Source: Fidelibacterota bacterium
GTDB taxonomy: Bacteria > Fidelibacterota > Marinisomatia > SCGC-AAA003-L08 > JACNLC01
Length of the DNA: 64,000 nucleotides
Assembly (NCBI GenBank): GCA_014381725.1
Contig: JACNLC010000044.1
Span: 3,033 to 67,032 of the forward strand
Direction of reading: 5' to 3'
The notes under the pieces were generated by a model that worked only from the letters and a program-made list of their open reading frames with translations, was not told the DNA's origin and made no database searches. Both the position numbers and the translations under genes were made by a program. This document shows, in pieces, positions 61,460-64,000 of the stretch (its first letter is position 1; each line of letters starts with the position of its first letter).

Positions 61460-61699
61460 TTATTCTTCTGTTAGCCAAGTTTTGATTTTTTCTGTATCTG
61501 GAATTGTTCCTTGAGATTTTACCATTCCGTTAATTACTAGTCCGGGAGTCATCATCACACCAAACCCCATAATTTGATTGATGTCTGTAATTTTCTCAAA
61601 TTCGTATTTTATGCCTAAAGATTCGGCGACTTCTTTAACCTCTTCGGTCAATCTGTTACATTTAGAGCATCCCGAACCTAACACTTGTATTTTCTTCAT
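61460..61699 (-). CDS. Thioredoxin-fold protein (redox-active disulfide protein 2 / MTH895-type)
   Basis: 79 aa. MKKIQVLGSGCSKC (CxxC)...TPGLVING, the classic family pattern that I recall as commonly paired with ArsP/DUF318 permeases. Confidence 0.8.
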   Translation of the reverse strand: MKKIQVLGSGCSKCNRLTEEVKEVAESLGIKYEFEKITDINQIMGFGVMMTPGLVINGMVKSQGTIPDTEKIKTWLTEE

Positions 61700-61739
61700 A
61701 AATCTCCTCTTATTTCACAACGAATACGCGAATGTTGAA

Positions 61740-63029
61740 TTAAAATATATTACCGTAAATATATCCTGTAACCGTTGCCATAATTACTGTAAGTAAAACA
61801 AATACTATTGTTTTTTTGTTGCCTAAAACGCTCCGTATAACAAGCATATTTGGGATTGACAGCGCCGGTCCTGCGAGCAAAAGCGCAAGTGCTGGACCTT
61901 TACCCATTCCATTGTTTAACAAACCTTGCAAAATCGGAATTTCAGTCAAAGTTGCGAAATACATAAAAGCACCAGCAACTGCTGAAAATAAATTTGCACC
62001 AATCGAATTCCCTCCGACGGCGCTACTAATCCAATGTGGAGGAATAATACCACCTCCACCTTCGGGATTTCCAAGCAAAAATCCCGCGATGAGAACTCCA
62101 ATAAACAATAACGGAATTATTTGTCTTGTAAATTCCCAAGTAGAATTTAACCAATCTTTTGTTTCATTATTTCCAGTTGAAATGATTGCAGTTAAACCTG
62201 CTATCGCAATAACAAATGGAATTGTTGGAGTGTCTGGTAAAATAGCAGAAACAATAGTTACTAAAACTGTAACTGAAAATAGTTTCCACCAAGCTACTTT
62301 AAACCAAAATCCCAACACAAATACAAAAATCATTGCTAGTAATGAAGTGATAATCCATTTTGAAGAGTTGCATAAGTTTGATGAAAGTTCTGTCCCACAA
62401 CTCCAATTTACTACTACCAAAATCAAAATCATCAATGCAAAATAGATTGAAGTTTGGTAAAGAGGGCGGATTTTTTCTGATTCAATTATAACAGATTCTT
62501 GTTCATCTTGATTTTCCTTTCGAAAAATAAATGACATTAACAATCCGATAACAATACTAAATAGAATTGCACCGACTGCTCTTGCTATTCCAAGTTCAAT
62601 GCCCAACACACTCGATGTTAGTATGATTGCCAAAACATTTATCGCCGGGCCAGCATACAAAAATGCAGTCGCTGGGCCAAGCCCTGCACCCATTTTATAA
62701 ATTCCGGCAAACAATGGCAGAATTGTGCAAGAGCAAACTGCCAAAACTGAACCAGAAATTGATGCTACACAGTAAGCAACGAATTTGTTTGCTTTTGCAC
62801 CCAAATATTTCATCACAACATTTTTGTTTAGAAATACAGCCATTGCTCCTGCAATGAAAAAGGCCGGAATCAAACACAGAATTATGTGCTCTCTAGCATA
62901 CCATTTTACTAGAGCAACAGCTTGAGTAAGCGGATTATTTAATTCTAACAAATTATCTGGGAAAAAGTAAAATCCTAGAAATACTCCAAGAATAATTAAC
63001 ATTGTTTTAATTTCTTTTTTCCAGATCAT
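61740..63029 (-). CDS. Predicted permease (ArsP_1 / DUF318 family)
   Basis: 429 aa, polytopic. Signature LAVCSCTILPLFAG and duplicated halves. Confidence 0.75.
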   Translation of the reverse strand: MIWKKEIKTMLIILGVFLGFYFFPDNLLELNNPLTQAVALVKWYAREHIILCLIPAFFIAGAMAVFLNKNVVMKYLGAKANKFVAYCVASISGSVLAVCSCTILPLFAGIYKMGAGLGPATAFLYAGPAINVLAIILTSSVLGIELGIARAVGAILFSIVIGLLMSFIFRKENQDEQESVIIESEKIRPLYQTSIYFALMILILVVVNWSCGTELSSNLCNSSKWIITSLLAMIFVFVLGFWFKVAWWKLFSVTVLVTIVSAILPDTPTIPFVIAIAGLTAIISTGNNETKDWLNSTWEFTRQIIPLLFIGVLIAGFLLGNPEGGGGIIPPHWISSAVGGNSIGANLFSAVAGAFMYFATLTEIPILQGLLNNGMGKGPALALLLAGPALSIPNMLVIRSVLGNKKTIVFVLLTVIMATVTGYIYGNIF

Positions 63030-63043
63030 AGTTTAACTTTCGG

Positions 63044-63538
63044 TTAATGGATAGTTTCGAAAATACCTAATTTTTTGTTTTTCTTTACATTATCCCAATG
63101 AAAATAATTTCCATTCATCGCAATGTAAACTCCAGATGGAAGAGTTTGTGCATAAGACAAAGCACTCCCCAGATTAAACAATCCATCAGAACTACCAAAT
63201 TTATATGGAATCATTGCTCCAGTTAAAACTATAGTTTTGTCAGTAACCAATTCTGCGATAGCTCGAGCAGTTTCAACCATTTTATCAGTTCCGTGAGATA
63301 TCATAATTCTGTTATGCGATTCATCTCGGCAACGATGAACGATATATTGCCGATTACTCTCGGACATATCAATACTATCACGCATCATCAATGTTTCGAT
63401 GTTCAAATCTAATTTACATCGAGCCATTTCTAACATTTCGTATAAATGAGTATTTTTGAAATATAATTGCCCATTTATCTCATTATATTCTTTGTCGAAA
63501 GTTCCACCGGTAACAAATATTTTAATTTCTGTATTCAT
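63044..63538 (-). CDS. Short asparaginase-family protein (N-terminal catalytic domain only)
   Basis: About 164 aa from the ATG at 63538. VTGGTFDK (Thr nucleophile motif), SHGTDKM and LTGAMIP motifs. Lacks the C-terminal domain of type I/II asparaginases. Confidence 0.65.
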   Translation of the reverse strand: MNTEIKIFVTGGTFDKEYNEINGQLYFKNTHLYEMLEMARCKLDLNIETLMMRDSIDMSESNRQYIVHRCRDESHNRIMISHGTDKMVETARAIAELVTDKTIVLTGAMIPYKFGSSDGLFNLGSALSYAQTLPSGVYIAMNGNYFHWDNVKKNKKLGIFETIH

Positions 63539-63656
63539 TAATATACTATCCAAATTTAACCGCAAAATTTAATACAATGTTATAGTAATTTATTATAGAT
63601 TTAATAACTGCTTACTTGTAAATTTAGTGTAAATCCATAATATAAAAAGGAGACCT

Positions 63657-63899
63657 ATGAAAAAGTTAATCATAAAAATACAAAAAATAGATAGTGACAA
63701 ACCCGAAGTGAAAGTTCAAATTCCACTTAAAGTAGCAAAATTGGTGAACACACTTATTCCTGGGAAAGTTAAAGATGAACTCAACAAAGAAAATATAGAT
63801 ATCAGTAAAATTCTCAATTCAATTAACGAACTTGATGACATTGGAACTTTGGTTGAAGTTGAGCAGGAAACTCAACAAATTATAATTGCTGTAGAATAA
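63657..63899 (+). CDS. Hypothetical acidic 80-aa protein
   Basis: ORF with a good SD (AAAGGAG) 7 nt upstream. No recognisable domain. Confidence 0.5.
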   Translation: MKKLIIKIQKIDSDKPEVKVQIPLKVAKLVNTLIPGKVKDELNKENIDISKILNSINELDDIGTLVEVEQETQQIIIAVE

Positions 63900-64000
63900 G
63901 TTAATACTGAAGGATATTGCTAATTCAACCTGTTACAATTTGATTTATTATTATTTTTCGCCGATAAATATTGTTGTCATACCAAAAGTTAAATCAATTA

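Overview
AT-rich, densely coding bacterial chromosomal segment with about 56 CDS, 2 tRNAs, no rRNA and no CRISPR. I saw no transposase, integrase, phage genes or recognisable defence system. Most of it is housekeeping plus peptide and amino-acid catabolism. Left to right: a T9SS-type secreted protein, aspS, phoH, thiolase-hbd-acyl-CoA dehydrogenase, ilvE, nusB, secA, a cystathionine lyase/synthase-family enzyme, tRNA-Asn, a VOC protein and an M3 peptidase. Next come trmH, an LptF/G permease, a gamma-CA-like protein, pyrimidine-nucleoside phosphorylase, PBP1A and korAB, then dcp, an endonuclease I-LTD-dockerin exonuclease and a five-gene Opp/Yej-type peptide ABC transporter. Then follow an iscR-iscS-iscU-DUF59-iscA-(DUF2480-like)-hscB-hscA-fdx operon, an FAD oxidase, gcdH, a DASS transporter, a tandem USP and tRNA-Glu. 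The right end holds a propeller sensor fused to a SARP domain, a 75-aa repeat mini-protein, a small Omp85, plsY, a GT2, miaA, rmuC, and a permease/thioredoxin-like/beta-CA-like/short-asparaginase cluster. The T9SS sorting domain, the Reg_prop/Y_Y_Y sensor and TAnnTTT-like promoter boxes suggest an FCB-superphylum-type organism (Bacteroidota, Ignavibacteriota or Marinimicrobia-like); this is inference only. I found no clear-cut novel multi-gene system. The observations most worth a second look are: (1) a membrane-tethered propeller sensor joined directly to a SARP/BTAD DNA-binding domain; (2) the adjacent, separately expressed 75-aa tandem-repeat mini-protein; (3) a truncated four-helix-bundle (23S rRNA IVS-protein family) gene remnant flanked by inverted octamer-repeat arrays, splitting the ABC transporter operon; (4) an ISC operon carrying SUF-type accessory genes and a Cys4 HscB; (5) an orphan PD-(D/E)xK-like ORF with no ATG start; (6) a recurring TTGTAAAYWT box upstream of many operons. 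All domain calls come from reading the translations by eye and need HMM or BLAST confirmation.
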